64,000 bases of DNA from Malacoraja senta (lineage: Eukaryota). This document shows, in pieces, positions 53,601-64,000 of this stretch. The first letter of the stretch is position 1; each line of letters begins with the position of its first letter. Below the pieces are notes generated by a model. It did not search any database. It was not told the origin of the DNA and saw nothing but the letters and a program-made list of their open reading frames with translations. Location: positions 3,722,001 through 3,786,000 of the forward strand of contig CM075999.1 of the NCBI GenBank assembly GCA_038087875.1, read 5' to 3'. The translations under genes and the position numbers were made by a program.

Positions 53601-55633
53601 GGGAGCAGTGGTGGAATCTGATAAGGAAGATGATATGGGAACCGTTGAGGGAGATGAAGGATAGATGGAAGCAGATGGGAGAGTAGATCCAGTGTGGTGG
53701 GCGCCAGTGGAGGGGATGGGAATGGGGAAAACCATCAAAAAGTTGAGAACTGGAGGTGGGTAGGAAGGAGAAAGATGAGGGCGACCTGAAATTGGAGAAG
53801 TGCCTGAAACTTCCTTGGATTCTTTGCTTCAGAATTGTGTTTTAAGAGTCGTCTTCTTGCTTTTGAGGCAGCAGAAGTCTGCAGCAGGGTGATGCCATCC
53901 GGTTCGATATCCGTAGGTGCCCGCCCTAAAAAGGGCGCATGCTCCGGGTTGGCACCAAGCTGCGGTGCTGCTGCTGTCTCTGTTTGTTGTCATTCGCCCG
54001 ACTGAGGTCAGTTGACAGGGCTCACCACGGGGAGGTCGACAACGTGAGCCCCGTTAAAGAGTCAAGAGAGAGTCGAGTGTTTTATTGCCGTATGTACCGA
54101 AACGGGACAATTAAATTCTCACTTGCATTAGGGTTAGACTTGCTTTGACTTCAAAACTAAATTGGTTCTGCAAAGGTGCACTATGCATGCACATTGATCA
54201 GAACCACACATTAAAATATATATCCACTAATATCCACTAGGATGTATTTTAACTAAAAGGGGACAAAAAACAGCAGGCATGAGAAACTTGAAGTAAACAA
54301 AGTTGCAGAAATGGACATTCAATACAGTAACTCTTGGAGAGAGACAGTGTTAATGCTTCAGCTTTATAATCTTGCATTGCAATTTTAATTAATTTTATCA
54401 CTAATTTCAAAAAGATGAATGATAAATCTTAAGTCTTATATTAGTGGCGATACCTATTATTTGTGAATTTTTTATCATGTTTTGAAATGCATTGGTCAGT
54501 CGTCAAGAGTGTTTTATTGTCATATGTCCCAAAACGGGACAGTTAAATTCTTACTTGCAGCAGCACCACAGATATGCAAACATGTACACCATATGAAGAA
54601 TATGTAAAAGCAAACAAACAAGAGAGCGCAAAGACAAAAAAATAAATTCCTGTGGTATTTATGGTGAACTTGCTGTTTTCACCCTGTACTAGAATGGCTT
54701 CTGCCACTATAACCAGTCCACGGTGATCGCAAAGATGAAATGCTACACCAACGTCACTTCAGGAGATCGAACAGCTTTAAAAATTGCCATCTTCAAAAAT
54801 GGCCCTGTAGCTGTCGGCATTGACGCAAGCCACAAGTCATTCCGGTTTTACAGCAATGGGGTTTACTACGAGCCACAATGCAGTAAGTATTTGTCTTTCA
54901 CTTGATGCAGGTGAAGGAAAACTATTTTCCTTTTGCTTGAATGTTAAATCCATCTCCTTCACTAGTCCTGCAACCACAGTTAGACACAAAGAGTAATTCA
55001 GCGGGTCAGGCAGCATCTCTGGAGAGAAGGAATGGGTGATGTATCTGGTCGGGACACTCCTTCAGGCTGATTGCAAGGGGAGCGGGGAAAAAAGACGGAG
55101 AAAAGAGGGGGCCGGACAAATCACGGCCCGCAACGAATGACCTCAGGTGAGGGGGGTTCCCTGATAGGCAGATTGTTAGTCAAAGATTGGATATAGAAGC
55201 AGATGTGAGCCCAAAATAAATATATAGTTGCAAATTGTGAAGTTAGTTAAAGGGTTTTTGGTGGAAGTGGCAACCTGGCCTGCTGAGTTACTCTAGCATT
55301 TTGTGTCTAACTTCGGCGTAAACCAGCATTTGCAGTTCCTTCCAACACCACCTCCAAGTTGAACTTTTACGTGAGTTTTGCGGCAATATTTAGAAAGTTT
55401 AACTTTACTGGATTGGGATAACCTAACATAATGTTGCTGTTTTAGAAAACCGACTGGACGATCTGGATCACGCTGTGCTTGCTGTTGGCTACGGAACACT
55501 TGATGGTGAAGCATACTGGCTGATTAAAAACTCCTGGTCAACATACTGGGGCAATGATGGATACGTGCTGATGTCCATGAAAAACAATAACTGTGGAGTT
55601 GCTACTGATCCAACATACATCACTCTTGAATGA
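32467..55633 (+). CDS. Papain-family (C1A) cysteine protease, 26/29-kDa proteinase / counting factor associated protein D-like, paralogue B (11 exons, about 543 aa)
   Basis: Exons: 32467-32506 ([13 protein letters not shown]), 37499-37558, 44118-44210, 45012-45184, 46481-46721, 48452-48650, 49885-50078, 51296-51387 ([14 protein letters not shown] donor), 52535-52696, 54693-54882, 55446-55633 (DHAV, KNSW, TGA). Total 1632 nt, open. Same intron phases as paralogue A. Confidence 0.93.
32502..33030 (+). repeat. 41-bp G-rich minisatellite with internal (GGCACA)n expansion
   Basis: Unit GGCAGGTAGTGGGGACCGGGACCGGCACAGGCACACCTGGG, about 11 copies. Confidence 0.92.
34140..36627 (-). mobile_element. 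CR1/HER1-type LINE, long ORF2 fragment running into an assembly gap
   Basis: 379-aa RT ORF 35067-36206 ([35 protein letters not shown]); 3' tail near 34140; interrupted by a Rex1/Babar piece. Confidence 0.95.
34519..34976 (+). mobile_element. Rex1/Babar LINE 3' fragment nested in CR1
   Basis: Encodes [43 protein letters not shown] plus (TACAA)n tail; TSD CAATCTT at 34512-34518 and 34977-34983. Confidence 0.8.
36628..36827. other. Assembly gap (200 N)
   Basis: Run of N truncating a CR1. Confidence 1.
42010..42402 (-). mobile_element. Penelope-like element 3' fragment (GIY-YIG C-terminus plus terminal repeat)
   Basis: [42 protein letters not shown] followed by the CTGAAGAAGGGTCTCGACCCGAAA terminal motif. 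A YIGET fragment lies at about 12345-12410 and another 3' piece at about 44625-44875. Confidence 0.8.
44270..44460. mobile_element. Penelope-derived short insertion with a perfect 74-bp inverted repeat
   Basis: Arms 44268-44341 and 44352-44425; flanking direct repeat ATTTCAGTCARTGAG at 44255-44269 and 44461-44475. Confidence 0.75.
48129..48203 (-). pseudogene. Degenerate tRNA-like sequence, probably derived from tRNA-Arg(TCT)
   Basis: GGGTCTGTGCTGGAATGGATGGTGCTTTGGACTTGTAATGGTTGAAGGTTCTGGGTTCGAAACCTGGCGGAGCCG resembles vertebrate tRNA-Arg(TCT) as recalled. D and anticodon stems are mispaired and the anticodon position now reads TGT. Confidence 0.55.
53851..54052 (-). mobile_element. Short non-autonomous retroposon (about 200 bp), family 2
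   Basis: GCAAGAAGAC-type tail, 5' ribozyme fold, imperfect TSD with exact AAGAGTC at 53844-53850 and 54057-54063. Confidence 0.65.
53986..54052 (-). ncRNA. HDV-like self-cleaving ribozyme (family 2)
   Basis: Minus strand reads GGGGCUC-AC-GUUGUCG-ACC-UCCCCGU-GGU-GAGCCCU-GU-CAACUGACCUCAGUCGG-G-CGAA-UGACAAC: fully paired P1 (G1-U), P2 and P3, short P4 hairpin, putative catalytic C at 53996. Confidence 0.82.
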
Positions 55634-56035
55634 GTGCTCATCAAGACACAACTCTCATTCACTTTTATTTTCATGGATTTGCATTTTTGGTGCTATGAGC
55701 TTTAATCGTTTGAAATTTGCACTGAAATTCTAAATATATAAATACACTTATCAAGGCGACATAGATTTAATCAATATATTAATTTGATTACTGTGACTTG
55801 CTTTGCTGTGGTAATTTAGGATTAGACTGGCTTTAGTTTTTAAGCACTGCCCTAATGAAATGTTAACATTGGTGCAAAAAATACTTAACAATCGAATTAG
55901 AATTAATATTGAATGTTTAAAGATTAAATATTTTCTGGATTACAGCTGGGCCTGGTTTATTGTTCATTTTATTGTACTCTACTTTGATTTTTAACAATTG
56001 AACTAACTTTGGAATGTACATGCACATTCAAATGC

Positions 56036-56041
56036 AATAAA
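56036..56041 (+). terminator. Probable polyadenylation signal of paralogue B
   Basis: AATAAA about 400 nt after the stop, followed by T-rich sequence; an alternative ATTAAA lies at 55923-55928. Confidence 0.55.
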
Positions 56042-57204
56042 GTCAACTTTAAAACTTTGCAAAATTTTATATTTTCTTTAAGGTACCTGAACACTATTCA
56101 CCTTTTTGTTTATTGAACAGGATATTAAAACGCATACATTTTCTTAGAGGGCTCCAGATTTGATGCTGACTTTCGATTCACTGACCTAAGTTACTTCAAG
56201 TCTTTTTAAAAAATATGCCATTATATCGAGACACATGTTGTCAAACAAAGTGATCTTTATTTGGTTAACACAGAACCAGAACAAGAGGCAAGGGTGTTAC
56301 CAGCAGTATATATACCTCAGGGGAGAACCGTGACCCACTCTTCCCACCAAACCAAGTCACATGACCCAACCCCCAGGGTTCGCACCACGAGTGGCTAACC
56401 ACCAGGGGCCGCCAGGTGTAACTTGTTCATGCCAAATCCTACCAACTCCCTGAAGACTACACTTTACCAAATTAAAAAGTGCCAACTTTCTAGCTTGTTA
56501 TGGGGTAAGCAAATATCCTAAAACCTAGTATCAGTCTAATACTCTTTGTACAGTAGTTGGTGGATCAATTAACTTACTGCTGCATTCTAAAGACTGGTTC
56601 AAATTTAACTGTAACACCAAACGTTTTTCCCGATACAATTAATTGTGGTGCAATAAAGCTCTAATAATCTACTCTCAACTATTCAGAACTCAAACATTTC
56701 AAATATGTAGAAAGGAACAGTCCGAAGAAGGGTCTCGACCCGAAATGTTACCCATTCCTTCTCTCCGGAAATTGTGCCTGTCCCGCTGAGTTACTTCAGC
56801 ATTTTATGTTCAACATCTGCCTTACCATGCCACTTGGTGCAGTAAAAACAAGTACCACCAGATTCAAGAACGGTTTCTTCCCCTGCTGTTATTGGACTCT
56901 TGATCCCACCTCTCATAAGGTAAGGATATATTCCTGATCTTCCAATTACCTCCTTGCACTTTTGTTTGTCTGCACTTTCTCTCCAATGTAGCACTATACT
57001 CTGCATTCTGTTTATTTTCTCTATTGCACTGTGTTGTACTCGTGCATAGTATGTATAGTCTGAAGAAGGGTCCTGACCTGAAACGTTACCCATCCTTTTT
57101 CTCCAGAGATGCTGCCTAGCCCGCTGAGCTACTCCAGCACTTTGTGTCCATCTATAGTATGATTTGCCTGGATTGAAACAAAACAAAGTTGTTCACATTA
57201 TCTC

Positions 57205-57693
57205 AAGCATCTTCCCCACTACCGTGCTAACTGGTGTCTAATTTTCCGTTTTCTCTCCCTCCTTTCTTAAAAATTGGCTACCATCCAGTCCACAGGAACT
57301 GATCCAGAGTCGAGAGAACATTGGAAAATGATCACCAATGCATCCATGATTTCTAGGGCCACCTCCTTGAGTACTATGGGATGCAGACCATTAGGCCCTG
57401 GGGATTTATCTTCCTTCAGTCCCAACAGTTTGTCTAACACCGTTTTCTAATGTGGATTCCCTTCAGTTCCACTCTCCCACTAGATCCTCAGTCCCCTAGT
57501 ATTTCTGGGAGATTGTTTATGTCTTCCTTAATGAAGACAAAACCAAAGTACTCATTTGACTGTTCTGCCATTTCCTTGTTTCCCATTATAAACTCCCCCG
57601 TCTCTGATTATAAGGGACCTACATTTGTCCACGATAATCTTTTCCTTTTTACATATCTAAAGAAGCTTTTAGAGTCAGTTTTTATATTCTCAT
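57205..57693 (-). mobile_element. CR1 LINE ORF2 fragment abutting a gap
   Basis: Homologous to 35990-36460 (KSPGP region and upstream). Confidence 0.8.
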
Positions 57694-57893
57694 NNNNNNN
57701 NNNNNNNNNNNNNNNNNNNNNNNNNNNNNNNNNNNNNNNNNNNNNNNNNNNNNNNNNNNNNNNNNNNNNNNNNNNNNNNNNNNNNNNNNNNNNNNNNNNN
57801 NNNNNNNNNNNNNNNNNNNNNNNNNNNNNNNNNNNNNNNNNNNNNNNNNNNNNNNNNNNNNNNNNNNNNNNNNNNNNNNNNNNNNNNNNNNNN
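57694..57893. other. Assembly gap (200 N)
   Basis: Run of N truncating a CR1. Confidence 1.
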
Positions 57894-58814
57894 GATCTTC
57901 CACCTACCTCTGTAACTGTAACACTATACTATTATGTAAGGCTTCATTGTACTGGTGTATGTATGATGTGACAGGCAACTTGCAAACAAAGGTCTTTCCC
58001 TGTATCTTGATACACAGCCAATAATATACCGACTGCAAGTGTTCAAATCGTGTGAGAGAGGATTACTTGAGAGCCCACACCTCCTGCAGGGACCATGCTA
58101 GAGATACAGCGGAAACAGGCCATTCAGCCCACTGAGTCCATGCTGACCAAAGATTCGCCATATTCTGTAGTTCTAGCTCTATTCCACACTAATCACTGTA
58201 GAACAAGAATTTAGTCTTTAGAGATACTGTGGAAACAGGCCCTTCGGCCCGTCAAGTCCGTGCCGACCTATGATCTCCCCCGTACCCTAATACTATCCTA
58301 CACACACAAGGGACAATTTTACAATTGTTTTTACCGTAGTCAATTAACCTACAAACCTGCACGTCTTTGGAGTGTGGGCGGAAACGGGGAGAAGGTACAA
58401 ACTCCGTACAGACAGCACCCGTAGTCAGGATCGAACCCGGGTCTCAGGCGCTGTGAGGCAGCAACTCTACCGCTGCACCACCGTGCTGCCCTATGAAGCT
58501 GAAGAACAGACTGTCACTACTAAAGCAGTGAATATCTGGTCAGGTTGGGACTTTGGATTGAAGGCTTTGATAGACGCCCCCACACAGAACACACACAGAA
58601 GGTCGGGGCTATTGGAGAGGGGCACACCCCACCTGTCAGTGCCTGAAGCCCACAGTCCCCACCTGGCCAGGTATCACACCTTTAGCCATGGCAGTCTGTC
58701 CCTCAGTCTCAGGGAGCAGTGAGCAGTGGCCCCAACACGGGGGACCCCAAAGTCAGAAAATGACCGAGTGTAAGCACCACACATTAACAGTTACAAGTGG
58801 TTGAACTGACTTAC

Positions 58815-61800
58815 TTTTCTCTGCAAATGCTGCTTGCCTAAAAGAGAAATGCAATAAAATTCAGGAACTTCAATGATTAATTGATTCTATATTTTATACA
58901 TGCATGTAGGTTGTTATTTCAGAAGAAAATACGGAACGAAACAGACTCAAGTCCAACTGGTCCGTGCCGACCAATGTGCCCCATCTAAGCTATTCTCATC
59001 TGCTTGTGTTTGGCCTCTAAACCTTTCCTATCCATGTGCCTGCCCAAGTGTTGTTATAGTCTCTGTCTCACCTACCTCCCCAGGCAGCTGGTTCTATGCA
59101 CTCACCACCTTCTGTGTGAACACGTTCCTTCTCAGGTTCCTAGTAAATCTTTCCCATCTGCCCTCTCTCTCCTACTTGACTCCCCTGCCCTGGATAAAAG
59201 ACTATACATTCACCCTATCTATCCCCCTCAGGATTTGTTTACACCTCTGTAAGATCATCCCTCAGCCTCCTGCACTCTAAGGTACAATATCCTAGCCTGC
59301 CCCAACCTCTCCCAAAAGCTCAGGCCCTGGCAACATCCTCGTAAATCTTCTCTGCACCATTTCCAGCTTGAAAACATCTTATTATGTGTCCGGCAAATCT
59401 GCTGGAGATATCATGGTCTGTTACTCTGTTCATCTGGACCCCAGCTGCAGTAACGTTGGAGGGAGCTAAAGGCTTTAAATGCGGTGTTACTCAGGCATTC
59501 TGCTGCATTGTAGCTGCTCTCATCCTCACTGTGACAACTTGCAGCCTTGATTTTATCACTCAAGTCCCTGGAGCTGATAGAGGTTCCCGACCTGAAACGT
59601 CACCTATACATGTTCTCCACAGATGCTGCCTGACCCGCTGAGTTACTCCAGCACTCTGTGAAACGTCACTTATCCATGTTCTCCACAGATGCTGCCTGAC
59701 CCGCTGAGTTACTCCGGCACTCTGTGTACTTCTGTGCTTTGTAAGCTATACGGAACCACACTATAAATGATAAGGTAGACCAAAATGCTGGAAAAACTCA
59801 GCGGGTGCGGCAGCATCTATGGAGCGAAGGAAATAGGCAACGTTTCGGCCCGAAACCCTTCCGGGTTTCGGCCCGAAACGTTGCCTATTTCCTTCAGGGT
59901 TTCGGCCCGAAAGGTTGCCCATTTCCTTCGCTCCACAGATGCTGCCTGACCCGCTGAGTTACTCCAGCACTCTGTGAAACGTCACCTATCCATGTTCTCC
60001 ACAGATGCTGCCTGACCCGCTGAGTTACTCCAGCACTCTGTGAAACATCACCTATCCATGTTCTCCACAGATGCTGCCCGACCCGCTGAGTTACTCTAGC
60101 ATTTTGTGTCTATCTTTGGCATATTTCTGTGCTGTATGACTCTATAATTTTATGGCTTTTAAAACAAGCTAAGTGCCATTCGATCTCCTTGGTATTTTTA
60201 TAGCAAGAAGAATCACATTGGAAGTGTGCTTGGCTGTGTGAGCAGCTGAGATTTGGTGCACGTTCTGTGTTGTCGGCCTGTGTGTTGTTAACGGGGTCAG
60301 ACAGACAATTAGCTGCTCTCAGCCTATGAACATATAGTTCCATGCATAAACAAAAGCAGTGACCAGAATCTTACTTCAGTCTTTGGTATTCAGCAATAGC
60401 TTCATCAAACACTGAAAATAAAACCAATAAATGTAACATTAAGAGAAATATTGAATAATAATCAGAGCATCAGGCCAGGAGGAGGTCAGTTAGCTCCTCA
60501 AACTGTCCTGGTATTAACCACGGATAATTTGTGATCTAACCACAAGGAACTCAGAAAGATTAGATCACAGATGAATGGAGACATGAGGGACAGCAGATGC
60601 TGGAGGAACTCAGCGGGTCAGCCAGCATCTGTGGAGGGAATGGACAGACAAAGTTTTGGGTCGGATCTGAAGAAGAGTCTATCCATCGCATACACGTAAT
60701 CACGTATTGTCTTTCCGCTGACTGGATAGCACGCAACAATATCTTTTCACTGTACCTCGGTACACGCGACATTAACTAAACTGAAATGAAACATTCCCTC
60801 CACAGATACTGCCTGTCCTGCTGAGTTCCTCCAGCACTTTGTGTTTTTTCTGAAGGTTCCAGCATCTGCATTTCCTTGTGTCTCCATTCATCTGTGATCT
60901 AACCTTTCTCCTCGTATCCCTCAACAGTGAAAAATCCACCAATCTCAGATGAAAATGAACAGTACAGCAGAGTGTTTGTAAAACAATGAGATTTTTACAT
61001 CTCATCAAAATGTAAAAATGAGAATACATTTTTAATGTAATGTCATTACATGAAAAAAATCATTTTTGGGAGAAATCTTGAACATTTCACTCAATTAGTA
61101 AATTTCAAAGAAAACAACCCTTGAACATCTTATCTTTCTGTGTAATTAAACCTTTATGTCCAGATATCAATGTGAGAAATATGCAGAACATTCCCTCCAA
61201 CATCTTCTTTCCAACATATGTTGCCTTTCCGCTGACTGGTTAGCACATGACAAATCTTTTCACTGTACCTCAGTACACGTGACAATAAACTAAACTGAAC
61301 TAAATCTGCCACAGTCGAACAACTTGTAGACATGGAATAATTTATCCACATCTTGGAATATATTTGATCGCGCAGTTACCTTTCTGTGATAAGTTGAGCT
61401 CGCGTTTGTGTTTCAGATTCCCCACAAACATCTCCAGCGTGTACTTGCCCTTGTCCGCTTCTGTCGGGTTGAAGATCTGCAGCCAAACCTCATTATTATC
61501 TGATCCAATCCTCCTCCTGTCCTGAGACTCCAGGGTCTTATTGCTGAAGAAAGGACCACATGTTAGTTATAGCCACAGGGTGTTCTCACGGTGTTTCACA
61601 GGTGAGATGTTGCACAGGTGAGCAGTGGCAGATTAGAGTGCTGAGCAGCCTGGTGTTGGCTGGACACAGGTTACAAGGGAGAGTTATTGACTGTCCGAGT
61701 CTTCCTCCATTTGATGAGGTTCCCCCTTCACCAACCCCTGGCAGTCAGCTCCACATTCCCTTCATATACTGAGCGACATTCTTTCCCTCCCCTCCGCTCT

Positions 61801-64000
61801 TCTCCAGCTAATGTTTTTCTAATTTTCACTCCAAGTATTTGTGGAGTTTACTCAGAGTTGCCACTCACTTTAAGGCCCAGGATTTCTTCATGTAGTCCAT
61901 GTTGTACTTCAGTGAGGAGTAAACCTTTATTCCCTCGGCCGTTGGCTGCATCTTTAGATCCGAAGCTGTAGAACCTGTTGGAGAAGATGTGCAGGTAATT
62001 AACAGTGGTAGATACAGGGTGGCACAGCAGCGCAGTGGTAGAGTTGCTGCCTCACAGCGCCAGAGACACGGGTTCCATCCTGACTATGGGCGCTATCTCT
62101 ACTGAGTTTGTACGTTCTCCCCGTGACCTGTGTGGGTTTTCTCCAAGATCTTCAGTTTTCTCCCACACACCAAAGACATACAGGTTTGTAGGTTAATTGG
62201 CTTGGTGTAAATGTAAAATTGTCCCCAGTGTGTGTAGGATAGTGTTAATGTGCGGGGATGGCTGGTCAGTGCAGACTATGTGGGCCGAAGGGCCTGTTTC
62301 CACACTGTGTCTCCAAACTAAACTAAGCTAAACTAAATGCTGGAATAACCCAGCGGGTCAGGCAGCATCTCTGGAGAAAAAAGATGGGTGATGTTTCGGG
62401 TCGCGGCCCTTCTTCAGAATAAAGTTCCCAACCCATGTGCGGTCTGTCCGTTCCCTCCGCAGATGCTGCCGGACCCACTGGGTTCCTCCAGCACTTTGTA
62501 TTTCCAGCATGTCAACTTTTTTGTGTCTACATTTTCGTTCAGGATGACTCATAGAATATAAATCATTTTCAACCGTCTTCAGACTGGATGGAGTTTGTGA
62601 TGGAGAAAGTTGGAAAAACATATTCATTCAAACCAGCGATAAATGGACCAGAAAAAATACAATTGTGCTGGAGTAACTCAGTGGGTCAGGCAGCATCTGT
62701 GGAGAACATGGATAGGTGACGTTTCACAGAGTGCTGGAGTAACTCAGCAGGTCAGGCAGCATCTGTGGAGAACATGGATAGGTGACCTTTGGGGTCAGGA
62801 CCTTTCCTCTCTTCCATTGGTCTGAGTCATGAACCCTGGTCCCTGCTCCACATACACTGTCCAACAGGTATGGTGTTTCCAGAATGGCAGCATTTTATTT
62901 CAGATTTACATCTCCTGAAGATTTTTTCAGTAAATTGGATGTGGAGAGATTTCCTCATCCAGGGGCTGGGGGGAGGTATTGATCACTGCCTCAAGGTGGC
63001 GTGAATGTGACCATTTGAAACATGAATGACTGAATGAATGAGTGAATGATACTTTGATGAAACATGATGATAAAGCAACAGCATTTCACTGGTTGATTAC
63101 AGAGATATCCAGAGACAGTGAAAGTCGTGAGTAAAATACAAGATGTTCTTTCATTTAAACGTACTCACCAGCAATTGTGCAGATTTCCCGGAGAATGTCG
63201 TCAAACACTGCAACAAATTAGAGGCAGGGTTAATGCAACAAATGCTCCTGATGTTCCCACAAAAGCTCATTAGAAAATAATATTACATTTGATTACATTT
63301 TACTTTAATGGAGTCACAGAGCTGTATGGCATGGAAACGGGCCCTTCGACCCACGTGTCCATGCCAACTAAGTTAACATACTGGGGATACTGGGCTAGCC
63401 CATTTGCCTGCATTTGGCCAATAATCATTCTAAATCCTTCCTATCCATATATCTTTGGAAATGTCATTTGAAAGTCACAATTGTACCCACTTCTCTAGCC
63501 TCCTCTGGCAACTCATTCCAGATACGGACTGCTCTCTGAATGAAAAAGTTGCCCCTGAGGTCCCTGTTAAATCTCTCCCCTCTCACCCTCAGCCTGTGCT
63601 CTCTAGTTTTAGAATCCTCTACCCTGAGAAAAAGACTGTGAGCGTTCACTTTATCCATGCCCCTCGTAGTCTTGTACAGCTCAATAAGGTCACCCCTAAG
63701 CCTCTGAGATCAGATAGTCTGTGAATCTGTGGAATTCATTGCCACAGACGGCTGTGGAGGCCAAGTCAATGGGGATTTATAAAGCAGAGTAGATAGATTC
63801 TTGATTAGTACGGGTGTCAGGGGTTATGGGGAGAGGGCAGGAGAATGGGGTTAGAAGGGAGAGATAGATCAGCCATGATTGAATGGCAGAGTAGACTTGA
63901 TTCTGCTCCTATGACCGATGAACTTATACCTTGATTAAGTATCTTCAGAACACTGGTGTCCTCTCCTCTCTCATCAGATACCACCACTTTGTAAACTCCT
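58815..64000 (-). CDS. MYOM3: Myomesin, 3' part (C-terminal Ig domains), most similar to myomesin-3; partial
   Basis: Phase-compatible minus-strand exons: 63930-64000 (GVYKVVVSDERGEDTSVLKILNQ, cut by window edge), 63169-63207 (FDDILREICTIA), 61869-61974 (STASDLKMQPTAEGIKVYSSLKYNMDYMKKSW), 61380-61543 (KTLESQDRRRIGSDNNEVWLQIFNPTEADKGKYTLEMF), 60375-60411 (FDEAIAEYQRL), 58815-58837 (QAAFAEK). Myomesin identity is strong. MYOM3 rather than MYOM1/2 rests on recalled motifs (VSDxRGED, YMKxxW, LESxDR, DKGKYTLE). Confidence 0.8.
62017..62337 (+). mobile_element. HE1-type SINE, full length
   Basis: tRNA head, core, CR1-like 3' end and (CTAAA)n tail. Similar full copies at about 47217-47506 and 50974-51262. 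Confidence 0.85.

Overview
Vertebrate nuclear genomic DNA, not prokaryotic. The repeat content (HE1-type tRNA-SINEs, HER1/CR1 LINEs, Rex1/Babar, L2, Penelope-derived repeats) points to a cartilaginous fish, probably a skate or ray. I reconstructed by hand two complete, tandem, plus-strand 11-exon paralogues of a papain-family (C1A) cysteine protease of the 26/29-kDa proteinase / counting-factor-associated protein D type (15033-30908 and 32467-55633). Both have intact catalytic residues but opposite-character S2 pockets. Six convergent minus-strand exons near the 3' end of a myomesin, most like MYOM3, lie at 58815-64000. A CpG island at about 3.2-3.9 kb carries a probable non-coding first exon of an unidentified minus-strand gene. 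There are three 200-N gaps. The most striking find is three short retroposons (two families, about 138 and 200 bp, with (AAG)n tails and target-site duplications) whose 5' ends fold into complete HDV/CPEB3-like self-cleaving ribozymes; one family has a minimal 54-nt form almost lacking P4. Many Penelope-type minimal hammerhead motifs are also present. All folds and identities were read by eye; none were computed or database-checked.
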